A stretch of DNA of 64,000 nucleotides from Rhodospirillales bacterium (GTDB lineage: Bacteria; Pseudomonadota; Alphaproteobacteria; Acetobacterales; Acetobacteraceae), in contig JAGWRU010000053.1 in NCBI GenBank assembly GCA_028869595.1, forward strand, positions 3,674 to 67,673, read 5' to 3'. A model generated the notes under the pieces. That model saw only the letters and a list, made by a program, of their open reading frames with translations. It did not search any database and was not told the DNA's origin. Below are positions 49,968 through 57,643 of this stretch, one piece after another (positions within the stretch are counted from its first letter, which is position 1; every line of letters starts with the position of its first letter). The position numbers and the translations under genes are program-made.

Positions 49968-50609
49968 ATGATCGAAGCTGCCAACCGCGCGCTGTTTCTG
50001 GCGATCGATGCCGGGGCGCATCCGCCGGGGGCGATCCTGTTCGCGGCGCGCGCCTTGGCGCAGGGGCTGGTGCCGGTGGCGGTGGCGCAATTCGTCTTCG
50101 CCTGGGTGCGCGGCGATCGCGCCCGGCGCGGCGCGCTGCTGGCCGCGACGCTCGCCATGCTGGTCGGGCTGGGGATCAATCAGCTGATTGGGCTGGTCTA
50201 TTTCCATCCCCGTCCGTTCATGATCGGCCTCGGCCATCAATACCTGGCCCATCCGCCGGATAATTCCTTCCCCAGCGATCACGGCACTTTCCTGTGGAGC
50301 CTGGGGTTCGGCCTGCTGGCCGCCGGCGGCGCGGCGGCGCTGGGCACCTGGATGGTGCTCGCCGGTTTGCTGGTGGCCTGGGCGCGGGTCTATCTGGGGG
50401 TGCATTTTCCCTTCGATATGGCGGGCGCTTTGCTGGTCGGGCTGGCGATGGGTGGGCTGGTGCGCGCCCTGCATCGCCCGGTGCGGGCGATCGCGCTGCC
50501 GCCATGCCTGGCGCTGTACGAGGCGATGCTGCGTCTGGCCCATTTGCCGCCCGCGTTGTTCCCGCGTGCCGCCGCTCCGGCCCGCCCCCGGTCCCGCCCG
50601 CCGGCCTGA
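49968..50609 (+). CDS. PAP2 family phosphatase (BcrC/YbjG-type undecaprenyl-diphosphatase-like)
   Basis: 213 aa, multi-TM. PAP2 motifs PSDHGTF and YLGVHFPFDMAGA. Confidence 0.8.
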   Translation: MIEAANRALFLAIDAGAHPPGAILFAARALAQGLVPVAVAQFVFAWVRGDRARRGALLAATLAMLVGLGINQLIGLVYFHPRPFMIGLGHQYLAHPPDNSFPSDHGTFLWSLGFGLLAAGGAAALGTWMVLAGLLVAWARVYLGVHFPFDMAGALLVGLAMGGLVRALHRPVRAIALPPCLALYEAMLRLAHLPPALFPRAAAPARPRSRPPA

Positions 50610-50653
50610 CTTCCCCCCTCGGCAAAGCGGCGTGGCCATGCTTTGATTTGGCC

Positions 50654-51034
50654 ATGCGCAAGCTGCGACATCCCGACCGGCTGGGCCTGCATGTGCGGGT
50701 GGTGCTCGATGGTGCCGTGGTGCTCGGCCCGGGCAAGGCCGATCTGTTGGACGGCATCGCCGCCACCGGCTCCATCGCCGCCGCCGGACGGCGCATGGGC
50801 ATGAGCTATAAGCGTGCCTGGATGCTGGCGGAATCGCTGAACGCGATGTTTGCCGGCCCGCTGATCGATGCCGCCAAAGGCGGGGCGGGCGGCGGCGGGG
50901 CGGCACTGACGCCGCTCGGCCAGCGCGTGCTGGATGCCTATCGCCGGCTAGAGCAGGCCGCGGAGCGGGCCGGTGCCGCCGAACTGACCGCCATGCGCCG
51001 CGCGCTTGGTCCCCCTGTACGCAAGGAAGAATGA
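50654..51034 (+). CDS. winged-helix regulator resembling the ModE N-terminal domain
   Basis: 126 aa from MRKLRHPDRL. LGPGKADLLDGIAATGSIAAAGRRMGMSYKRAWMLAESLN matches the ModE/LysR-type N-terminal HTH pattern. There is no molybdate-binding (Mop) domain. Confidence 0.65.
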   Translation: MRKLRHPDRLGLHVRVVLDGAVVLGPGKADLLDGIAATGSIAAAGRRMGMSYKRAWMLAESLNAMFAGPLIDAAKGGAGGGGAALTPLGQRVLDAYRRLEQAAERAGAAELTAMRRALGPPVRKEE

Positions 51035-51504
51035 GCATGCGCTCGACCGTCGTGACCACCGCGTTTCTCGCCGCCCTGTCGCTGGCTGCCGTGGCGGGTG
51101 GCGCCTTCGCCGCCGATAGCGGCCAGGCCGCCTTCGCCAAACGCAAGCACGCCATGGATGAGATGGGCCATGCGCTGTTCCTGCAAATCGGCAAGGTGGC
51201 GAAAGGCCAGCTCCATTACGGCCCGGACACGGTGCAGGCCGCCCAGACGCTGAATAACGTGGCCCAGACCATTGCCACGCTGTTCCCGCCCGGCTCGGCG
51301 GTGAAGGGCAGCCGGATGAACCCCGATATCGTCAAGGACCCGCAGAAGATCGAGGCGCTGGCGATGCAGACCCAGGCCACGACGGCGGCGTTGCTGGTGG
51401 CGGTGAAAACCGGCGATCTGAGCAAGATCGGCGCTGCGACGCAGACCGCCGATAAAGCCTGCGCCGCCTGCCACACCCAGTACCGGCTGAAAACCAAGCT
51501 CTGA
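51031..51504 (+). CDS. class II cytochrome c (cytochrome c'/c-556 type)
   Basis: 157 aa with a signal peptide ending AFAAD. Predicted four-helix-bundle length and a single haem site CAACH about 15 residues from the C-terminus. ATGA overlap with the upstream regulator. Confidence 0.75.
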   Translation: MSMRSTVVTTAFLAALSLAAVAGGAFAADSGQAAFAKRKHAMDEMGHALFLQIGKVAKGQLHYGPDTVQAAQTLNNVAQTIATLFPPGSAVKGSRMNPDIVKDPQKIEALAMQTQATTAALLVAVKTGDLSKIGAATQTADKACAACHTQYRLKTKL

Positions 51505-51511
51505 TCGCGCG

Positions 51512-52366
51512 ATGATACGTCTGGCGCTGGTCTGCGCGGCGGCGTGGCTGGCCTGCGCCCCGGCAGCGCTGGCGGCGGAGGATGCGTTGCTGGCGCGCGG
51601 CGCCTATCTGGCCCGGATCGGCGGCTGCGTCGCCTGCCACACCGCGCCGGGCGGCGCGGCGCTGGCCGGCGGGCTGGCCATCGCCACCCCGTTCGGCACC
51701 ATCACCACCCCCAATATCACTCCCGATCGCGCCACCGGCATCGGCGCGTGGAGCGAGGCGGAGTTTCGTCACGCCTTGCATGACGGTATTCGTCCGGATG
51801 GCAGCCCGCTCTATCCCGCGTTTCCCTATCCGAGCTTCACCGGCCTGCGTGATGGCGATGTCGCGGCGATCCATGCCTGGCTGATGACGCAGCCCGCCGT
51901 GCATCGCCTCGATACGCCGCCCGCGCTGCGTTTTCCCTATTCCGTGCGGCCGCTGCTTTGGGTCTGGCGGGCGCTGTTTTTCCATCCTGGCCGCATCCCA
52001 GTCGATCCGGCGCATGATGCGGCGTGGAATCGCGGTGCCTATCTCGTGCAGGCGGTGGCCCATTGCGGCGAATGCCACAGCCCGCGCAATGCGCTGGGCG
52101 GCATCATCGCCGGGCGCGCATTGGCCGGCGCCGCCAGCGGACCGGACGGGCTGGCGGTGCCGGACATCACCCCTGATCCGGTGCACGGGATCGGCGGGTG
52201 GAGTGCGGACGATCTGGTCACGCTGTTGCGCACCGGGCAGACGCCGGAACAGGACACCGTTTCGGGCGCGATGGCGGAAGCGGTCGACGGCGAATTGAAA
52301 TATCTGACACCGGACGATGCCCATGCCATCGCCGTCTGGCTGCTGGCCCAGAAGCCTATCCGGTGA
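51512..52366 (+). CDS. dihaem c-type cytochrome
   Basis: 284 aa with a signal peptide. Two haem motifs, CVACH and CGECH, each followed by a cytochrome-c-like segment. Confidence 0.8.
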   Translation: MIRLALVCAAAWLACAPAALAAEDALLARGAYLARIGGCVACHTAPGGAALAGGLAIATPFGTITTPNITPDRATGIGAWSEAEFRHALHDGIRPDGSPLYPAFPYPSFTGLRDGDVAAIHAWLMTQPAVHRLDTPPALRFPYSVRPLLWVWRALFFHPGRIPVDPAHDAAWNRGAYLVQAVAHCGECHSPRNALGGIIAGRALAGAASGPDGLAVPDITPDPVHGIGGWSADDLVTLLRTGQTPEQDTVSGAMAEAVDGELKYLTPDDAHAIAVWLLAQKPIR

Positions 52367-52425
52367 TGCCTTGGCAGATCGGTGCCGTGTGCGTAGATGG
52401 CAGCAACACAAAGAAGGGTGCCCGC

Positions 52426-53445
52426 ATGTCCGATGAAGCCAGCGTCCTGGTCCGCCGCGAGGGGCGCGCCGGGCGCATCCTGCTCAACCGGCCCAAGGCG
52501 CTGAATGCGCTCGATCTGCCGATGCTGCGCGCCATCGCTGCGGCGTTGGAGGATTGGCGGGACGATCCTTGCGTGCATCTGGTGCTGATCGAAGGGGCGG
52601 GGGGACGCGCTTTCTGTGCCGGCGGCGATATTCGCGCCCTGCGACAGAACCAGCTGGACGGAACGCCGGAGCGCAATCGGCTTTTCTTTTCCGAGGAATA
52701 TGCGCTGAACGCGCAGATCGCCGAATATCCCAAACCCTTCGTGTCGCTGATCGATGGCGTGTGCATGGGCGGCGGCATCGGCGTGTCGGTGCACGGCGCC
52801 TATCGTGTGGCCAGTGAGCACGCGATGTTCGCCATGCCGGAAACCGCCATCGCGTTGTTCCCCGATATCGGCGCAAGCTATCTGCTGCCGCGCCTGCCCG
52901 GCGTGCTGGGTATGTATCTCGGCCTGACCGGCGCGCGCGTGACCGGCGCGGATGCGGTGCATGCGGGGCTCGCCACCCATTTCACGCCGCGCGCGGCGCT
53001 GCCCGATCTGGCGGCGGCGCTGGCGCGCGACGGGGTTGCGGCGCTGGCCGCTTTCGCCGCGCCGCTGCCGGGCTTCACCCTGGCCGCGCAAGTGCCGGCC
53101 ATCACGCGCTGCTTTTCCGGCGACACCCTGGCCGCGATCCTGGCGGCGCTGGAAGCGGAAACCACCGGCGCACAGGCCGAATGGGCGCGCCACACGCTGG
53201 AGACGATGGCGCACCTCTCGCCCTCCTCCATGAGCTGGACGCTGCGCCTGCTGCGCGACGGGGCGGGACGCACGCTGCGCCAATGCCTGGCCGCCGAACT
53301 CGCGCTGGGCGTCAGGGTGACGGCGCATCCCGATTTCATCGAAGGGGTGCGTGCCATGGTGGTGGACAAGGATCGCAATCCGCGCTGGCAGCCCGCCCGC
53401 ATCGATCAGGTGGACGCCGCGGCGATCGCGACGATGTTCGCCTGA
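52426..53445 (+). CDS. enoyl-CoA hydratase/isomerase family protein, 3-hydroxyisobutyryl-CoA hydrolase-like
   Basis: 339 aa from MSDEASVLVRREGRAGRILLNRPKALNAL. FCAGGDIR, IDGVCMGGGIG, FAMPETAIALFPDIGASY, and the extended C-terminal domain typical of HIBCH. Confidence 0.85.
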   Translation: MSDEASVLVRREGRAGRILLNRPKALNALDLPMLRAIAAALEDWRDDPCVHLVLIEGAGGRAFCAGGDIRALRQNQLDGTPERNRLFFSEEYALNAQIAEYPKPFVSLIDGVCMGGGIGVSVHGAYRVASEHAMFAMPETAIALFPDIGASYLLPRLPGVLGMYLGLTGARVTGADAVHAGLATHFTPRAALPDLAAALARDGVAALAAFAAPLPGFTLAAQVPAITRCFSGDTLAAILAALEAETTGAQAEWARHTLETMAHLSPSSMSWTLRLLRDGAGRTLRQCLAAELALGVRVTAHPDFIEGVRAMVVDKDRNPRWQPARIDQVDAAAIATMFA

Positions 53446-53548
53446 TCCGCCAGCCCGCCGCCAATAGGCCGGAACGCCGATCCGTGCTGATATCGCTTTC
53501 GGGATTGCCGGCCGCACAGCGCGGCCGGATGACAAAGGGGGATGCCCA

Positions 53549-53872
53549 ATGCTGCTCGATCATCGCACCTATGAAGTGAAGCCCGGCACGATGGCCAAAC
53601 ACCTCAAGCTGTACGAGGAATACGGGCTGGCCGCGCAGAAGCGCCATCTCGGCGAGCCGCTGGCCTATCTGATCACCGAAACCGGCCCGGTGAACACCTA
53701 TGTCCATATCTGGGTCTACAAGGATGCCGCCGACCGCGCGACGCGGCGCGCGGCGATGCAGGCCGACCCGGCATGGCAGACCTACCTCGCGAAAAGCGCC
53801 GAGGCGGGGTATCTGATCAAGCAGACCAACCAGCTGATGACGCCTGCCGCCTTCGCGCCGATCGCGCGCTGA
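53549..53872 (+). CDS. NIPSNAP family protein
   Basis: 107 aa. MLLDHRTYEVKPGTM...YVHIWVYKDAADRATRRAAM fits the NIPSNAP dimeric alpha-beta barrel pattern. Confidence 0.75.
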   Translation: MLLDHRTYEVKPGTMAKHLKLYEEYGLAAQKRHLGEPLAYLITETGPVNTYVHIWVYKDAADRATRRAAMQADPAWQTYLAKSAEAGYLIKQTNQLMTPAAFAPIAR

Positions 53873-53881
53873 TCCCGCAGG

Positions 53882-55282
53882 TTACGCCGGCAGGTTCGGG
53901 TGGTGCGCCGCCCAGCCTGCCGCGCGTTCCCATGCCGCCGCCGCGCCCAGCACGCCGGCATCGTCGAAGAATTTGCCGACGAATTGCAGCGATAGCGGCA
54001 TGCCGTCGCGGGACAGCCCCGCCATCATCGCCACTGCCGGATGCCCGGTCACGTTGAACGGCGTGCGCGCCTGACGGGCATAATAGCGCTCGGTCTTTTC
54101 CGCCTGATCGATACGCGTCGCCGGGTCCATCGAACTGGCGCAGAGCAGGAAATCATACTCCGCCAGTACGGCGTCGACGGCGGCGATCATCTGCGTGCGT
54201 CGCCGCTGCGCGCCGACATAATCGCCAGCCGAAAGAAACGCGCCCATCATCAGTCTTTCGCGGGCGAGCGCGCCGTAATCCTCCGGCCGTTCGCGCAGCC
54301 AGGGCGCGTGGATCGACCAGGCCTCCGCCCCCAGGATCACCCGGTTGACGGCGGAAAATTCGCCCAACGACGGCAGTGTCACGCTGTCCACTCGCGCGCC
54401 CTCGGTCGTCAGGATGCGGGCGGCTTCCTCCAGCGCGGCGGCAACCTCGGGGTCTGCCGGCATGTCGGTTTCGTGGAAATGGCGCACGAAGCCGATGCGC
54501 AGCCCCTTGAAGCCGCGTCCCAGGGCGCGGCCGAACCCGCTGACCGAGGTCGCAGCACTTCCCGCATCGGCGGCATCGTGCCCGGCAATGACATCGAGCA
54601 GCAGCGCCGCATCTTCCGCCGTGCGGGCCATCGGCCCGACATGATCGAGCGAGAAGGCGAGCGGAAACACCCCGCGCCGCGACACCATCCCGTAGGTGGG
54701 TTTCAGCCCGATAATGCCGCAGGCACTGGCCGGATTGCGTACCGAGCCGCCGGTATCGGTGCCCAGCGCCAGGGGAAACAGCCCCGCCGCCAGCCCCGCC
54801 CCGGAGCCCGAGGACGATCCGCCCGGATGGCAGGCCGGGTTCCACGGATTACGCGCCGGCGGGAAAGGCAGGTCCAGGCTGGGGCCGCCGATCGCGAATT
54901 CATGGGTGGAGAGCTTGCCGAACGGAATCGCGCCCGCAGCACGCAGCCGCGCCACCACGGCCGCATCGGCCTTGGCGATGTTGTCGACCAGGATTTTCGA
55001 ATGGCACGTCGTGGGCAGGCCGGCGACGTCGATGATGTCCTTGATGCCGACCGGAATGCCGTGCAGCGGGCCGCGCTTGCGCCCGGCGGCGATTTCCTGC
55101 GTGGCATGGGCCGCCGCCGCGATCGCGGTATCGGCGTCCAGGCGGATGAAGGCGTTGATGACCGGGTCGATGCGCGCGATCCGATCCAACAGCGCGGTCA
55201 TCAGCGCGGTGGGGGTAAGTGTGCCTTCGATGAAGGCACGCGATGCGGCGGCGGCGCCGAAATAGTCGGGAACCGCGCTCAT
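53882..55282 (-). CDS. amidase (amidase-signature family, GatA/AtzE-like)
   Basis: 466 aa from MSAVPDYFGAAAA. GPLHGIPVGIKD and the AS motif GGSSSGSGAGLAAG. The upstream 132 codons of the track ORF are not credible. Confidence 0.9.
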   Translation of the reverse strand: MSAVPDYFGAAAASRAFIEGTLTPTALMTALLDRIARIDPVINAFIRLDADTAIAAAAHATQEIAAGRKRGPLHGIPVGIKDIIDVAGLPTTCHSKILVDNIAKADAAVVARLRAAGAIPFGKLSTHEFAIGGPSLDLPFPPARNPWNPACHPGGSSSGSGAGLAAGLFPLALGTDTGGSVRNPASACGIIGLKPTYGMVSRRGVFPLAFSLDHVGPMARTAEDAALLLDVIAGHDAADAGSAATSVSGFGRALGRGFKGLRIGFVRHFHETDMPADPEVAAALEEAARILTTEGARVDSVTLPSLGEFSAVNRVILGAEAWSIHAPWLRERPEDYGALARERLMMGAFLSAGDYVGAQRRRTQMIAAVDAVLAEYDFLLCASSMDPATRIDQAEKTERYYARQARTPFNVTGHPAVAMMAGLSRDGMPLSLQFVGKFFDDAGVLGAAAAWERAAGWAAHHPNLPA

Positions 55283-55491
55283 CGGGCGGCACCTGACGGC
55301 ACGCCGGGGGCTTTCATCGGCGGCCAGGGTTCGCAGGCGGGGTCGCTGGGCATGGCAATGGCGGCGCCGGCGTCGCGGGCGCGTGTCGCCGCCAGGGCGA
55401 CCATGGCGGGAAAGAGCGCCTGCGTCTTTTCGAGCCCGGCTGCGCGTACCATCGCCGCCAGATGATCCGCCGGGATCGGGGGAGTATCCAT
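55279..55491 (-). CDS. small GatC/AtzG-like (DUF4089-like) protein, tentative partner of the amidase
   Basis: 70 aa from MDTPPIPADHLAAMVRAAGL. SD AGGAGG upstream, and its stop overlaps the amidase start (ATGA). Family assignment rests on size, context and a loose sequence pattern only. Confidence 0.4.
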   Translation of the reverse strand: MDTPPIPADHLAAMVRAAGLEKTQALFPAMVALAATRARDAGAAIAMPSDPACEPWPPMKAPGVPSGAAR

Positions 55492-55564
55492 CGCCGCCTC
55501 CTGTTCGCACCTGCACAATCACTGTGGCGCAAGCGGCGGCGCATGGGAATGGGTGGGTCGGCCG

Positions 55565-55603
55565 AAAAGAAAAAGGACGGCGCGGATCGGGGCCGCGCCG
55601 TCC
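55565..55603 (-). terminator. orphan Rho-independent terminator in a divergent intergenic region
   Basis: On the minus strand: 11-bp stem GGACGGCGCGG/CCGCGCCGTCC (55593-55603 / 55575-55585), 7-nt loop, then TTTTTCTTTT (55565-55574). No annotated minus-strand gene lies upstream of it. It sits 74 nt upstream of the AtzG-like start codon. Confidence 0.7.
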
Positions 55604-55774
55604 AGTCAACCGCGCCGTGGAGAGGAACGCGGGATCAGGGGAGGAAACACACCGATGCCCGGTGTCGGTTGCCATCATTGCGCGGCAAAGGTTGCCCGAA
55701 AGTTATCGCCCGGGTGAAATTCTCCCAACCGGGGCATCTTCGTCCCCATCGGCCCAATAACGGAACCCCGCCCC

Positions 55775-56971
55775 ATGCAGCCACCGCCCCAGCGCACCGG
55801 TCCCCTGGTCGGCCTGAAAGTGCTGGAAATCGGCCATTACATCGCCGCGCCGTTCTGCACCCGCATCCTGGCCGATCTGGGGGCGGAGGTGATCAAGATC
55901 GAACCGCCCGGCGGCGATCCGTTCCGTGGCTGGGGGGCGGCGGTCGACGGCAATTCGGTGTGGTTCAGCGTGCATGGGCGCAACAAGCTGTCGATCGAGC
56001 TCGACCTCAAGCGCGACCGCGCGGTGGCGCTGAAACTCGCCGCCCGCGCCGATGTGCTGGTGGAGAATTTCCGCGCCGGCGGCCTGGAGAAGCTCGGCCT
56101 GGGGCCGGCCGATCTGCACGCCGCCAATCCGCGTCTGGTGATCGCGCGCATCTCCGGCTACGGCCAGGACGGACCCTATCGCGACAAGCCTGCTTTCGGC
56201 GCGATCGGCGAGGCGATGGGCGGTATCCGCCATCTGACCGGCCATCCGGCGGGGTCGAGCGATCTGCCGCCGCCGCGCTGCGGAATTTCGATCTCCGACG
56301 ATCTGGCCGGGATGTATGCCGCGATCGGTCTGCTATCGGCTGTGTGGCAGCGCGACGGCGCGAATGGCGATCATGCACCGACCGGACGCGGGCGGGTGAT
56401 CGATGTCAATCTGGTGGACAGCGTGTTCAGTCTGATGGAAGGCATGCTGCCGGAATATGCGATGGACGGGCGGGTGCGCCAGCCGGCCGGCGCGGCGCTG
56501 CCGACCGCCTCGCCCACCAACACCTATCCTTGCGCGGATGGACGCTGGCTGTGCATCGCCGGCAATTCCGATCTGATCTTTCGCCGGCTGATGGGCGTGA
56601 TCGGCCGGCCGGAGCTGGGCAGCGACCCGCTTTACGCCACCAATGCCGATCGCTGCGCCCGGCGGGAGGCGCTGGATGCGGCGATTGCCGCCTGGACCCG
56701 CACGCTGCCCGCGAAGGAGGCCGAGGCAGCGCTGGAAGAAGCCGACGTGCCGTGCTCGCGCCTGTTCGACATCGCCGATTGCGCCGCCGATCCGCATTTC
56801 CGCGCGCGCGCCGCCGTGCAGGAGATCGCCGATCCGCTGATCGGGCGCACGCTGCATCCGGGCCCGGCGATCCGCCTGGACGGCGATGCGCCGGAGGCGG
56901 TGGTGGCCTGGCCCGGCGCGGCGGTGGGCGCGCATACGGATTATGTGCGGAAGGTGTTGCTGGGAGAATAG
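55775..56971 (+). CDS. CaiB/BaiF family (type III) CoA-transferase
   Basis: 398 aa. GPLVGLKVLEIGHYIAAPFCTRILADLGAEVIKIEPPGGDP is the canonical family III N-terminus. Confidence 0.9.
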   Translation: MQPPPQRTGPLVGLKVLEIGHYIAAPFCTRILADLGAEVIKIEPPGGDPFRGWGAAVDGNSVWFSVHGRNKLSIELDLKRDRAVALKLAARADVLVENFRAGGLEKLGLGPADLHAANPRLVIARISGYGQDGPYRDKPAFGAIGEAMGGIRHLTGHPAGSSDLPPPRCGISISDDLAGMYAAIGLLSAVWQRDGANGDHAPTGRGRVIDVNLVDSVFSLMEGMLPEYAMDGRVRQPAGAALPTASPTNTYPCADGRWLCIAGNSDLIFRRLMGVIGRPELGSDPLYATNADRCARREALDAAIAAWTRTLPAKEAEAALEEADVPCSRLFDIADCAADPHFRARAAVQEIADPLIGRTLHPGPAIRLDGDAPEAVVAWPGAAVGAHTDYVRKVLLGE

Positions 56972-56979
56972 CGCGGGCG

Positions 56980-57399
56980 ATGCTCTATCCGCGTCACTAT
57001 GTGCAGTTTCTCGATGGAAGGCGGGGCAAGGCGGCGGTGATCGCCCGCTTGCCGGGCGAGATTGCGGCTCGTTTGCCGGCGCAGACCTTGGATGTGCAGA
57101 TTGGGCAGGACTATGCGTTAAAACTCATCCGAAAACATAATTTGAATTATGCCGATCTGGCGATGGTGCAGCCGGCAATTGATCTTGGCTGGTGCACGCG
57201 GACGAGACCAGCAATGCTCGATTTTCTGTATGTGACGCAAGAGCCGTTTCCGCGCAGATTTATTCTCGGCGTGAAAGTCGCGCGCGGCGGAATGGAAGTC
57301 TGGCTACAGACGTTCTATCGCTGCACTGAGAGTGACATCCGGCGGCGTCTGCGGCGCGCACAGGAAGCCAATGCTCTTTTTCGCACACATGCGTGGTAA
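56980..57399 (+). CDS. hypothetical protein (orphan, in a low-G+C islet)
   Basis: 139 aa from MLYPRHYVQFLDG. Begins 8 nt after the CoA-transferase stop. Protein-like composition, unlike the Arg/Ala/Pro-rich spurious frames, but visibly lower G+C than its neighbours. I make no confident family call. Confidence 0.5.
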   Translation: MLYPRHYVQFLDGRRGKAAVIARLPGEIAARLPAQTLDVQIGQDYALKLIRKHNLNYADLAMVQPAIDLGWCTRTRPAMLDFLYVTQEPFPRRFILGVKVARGGMEVWLQTFYRCTESDIRRRLRRAQEANALFRTHAW

Positions 57400-57419
57400 G
57401 CTCGTGGTCGGCAAAGAAG

Positions 57420-57447
57420 GAAGCGGTCGCTGCCCTGCGACCGCTTC
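57420..57447 (+). terminator. perfect 11-bp hairpin after the orphan ORF (no U-tract)
   Basis: GAAGCGGTCGC-TGCCCT-GCGACCGCTTC, 21 nt after the stop at 57399. The lack of a following T-run makes terminator function uncertain. Confidence 0.3.
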
Positions 57448-57643
57448 ATGCCACGGAGGGACTCCACGTATTTCCCCTCTGATCCACTGCTGGCAATTGG
57501 CAGACCAGCCGGGCACGGCCCGGAGAATTCACCGCGTCATGGCTTCGCTCAATATGCGAAGCGCGACTCGCGAAGTCAAGGCTAATCGACGATCAACATA
57601 TTGGAATCATTGACTCCTTAAGCGCCTGATTTTATTCATTCCC

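Noticed and set aside
47063-50179. A 1038-aa open frame on the minus strand, the longest ORF in the track.
   Set aside because: It is antisense to glnD, the acyl-CoA dehydrogenase and the PAP2 gene, all of which have unmistakable motifs. Its translation is Arg/Ala/Gly/Pro/His-rich with no recognisable domain. This is the classic high-G+C antisense artefact.
55655-55717. A 20-codon plus-strand mini-ORF (MPGVGCHHCAAKVARKLSPG) with a GGAGG about 10 nt upstream, lying upstream of the CoA-transferase gene.
   Set aside because: It is too short to evaluate. The SD-like GGAGG is simply the complement of the CU-rich tract discussed in the sRNA/leader finding. No independent support exists.
55703-55772. 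Resemblance of the minus-strand sequence to conserved ykkC / guanidine-I riboswitch blocks. Examples: GGGGUUCCG versus AGGGUUCCG, GGGCCGA versus GGUCCGA, and CGG..GGGAGAAUUUCACCCGGGCGA versus CGGCGGGAUAAAAGCCCGGGAGA.
   Set aside because: The P1a/P1b helix would be reduced to a 5-nt loop. The element would have to start inside the divergent CoA-transferase coding region. It lies about 100 nt from the terminator, and CCCGG/GGG strings are common in this G+C-rich DNA. It is worth a cmscan but is not callable by eye.
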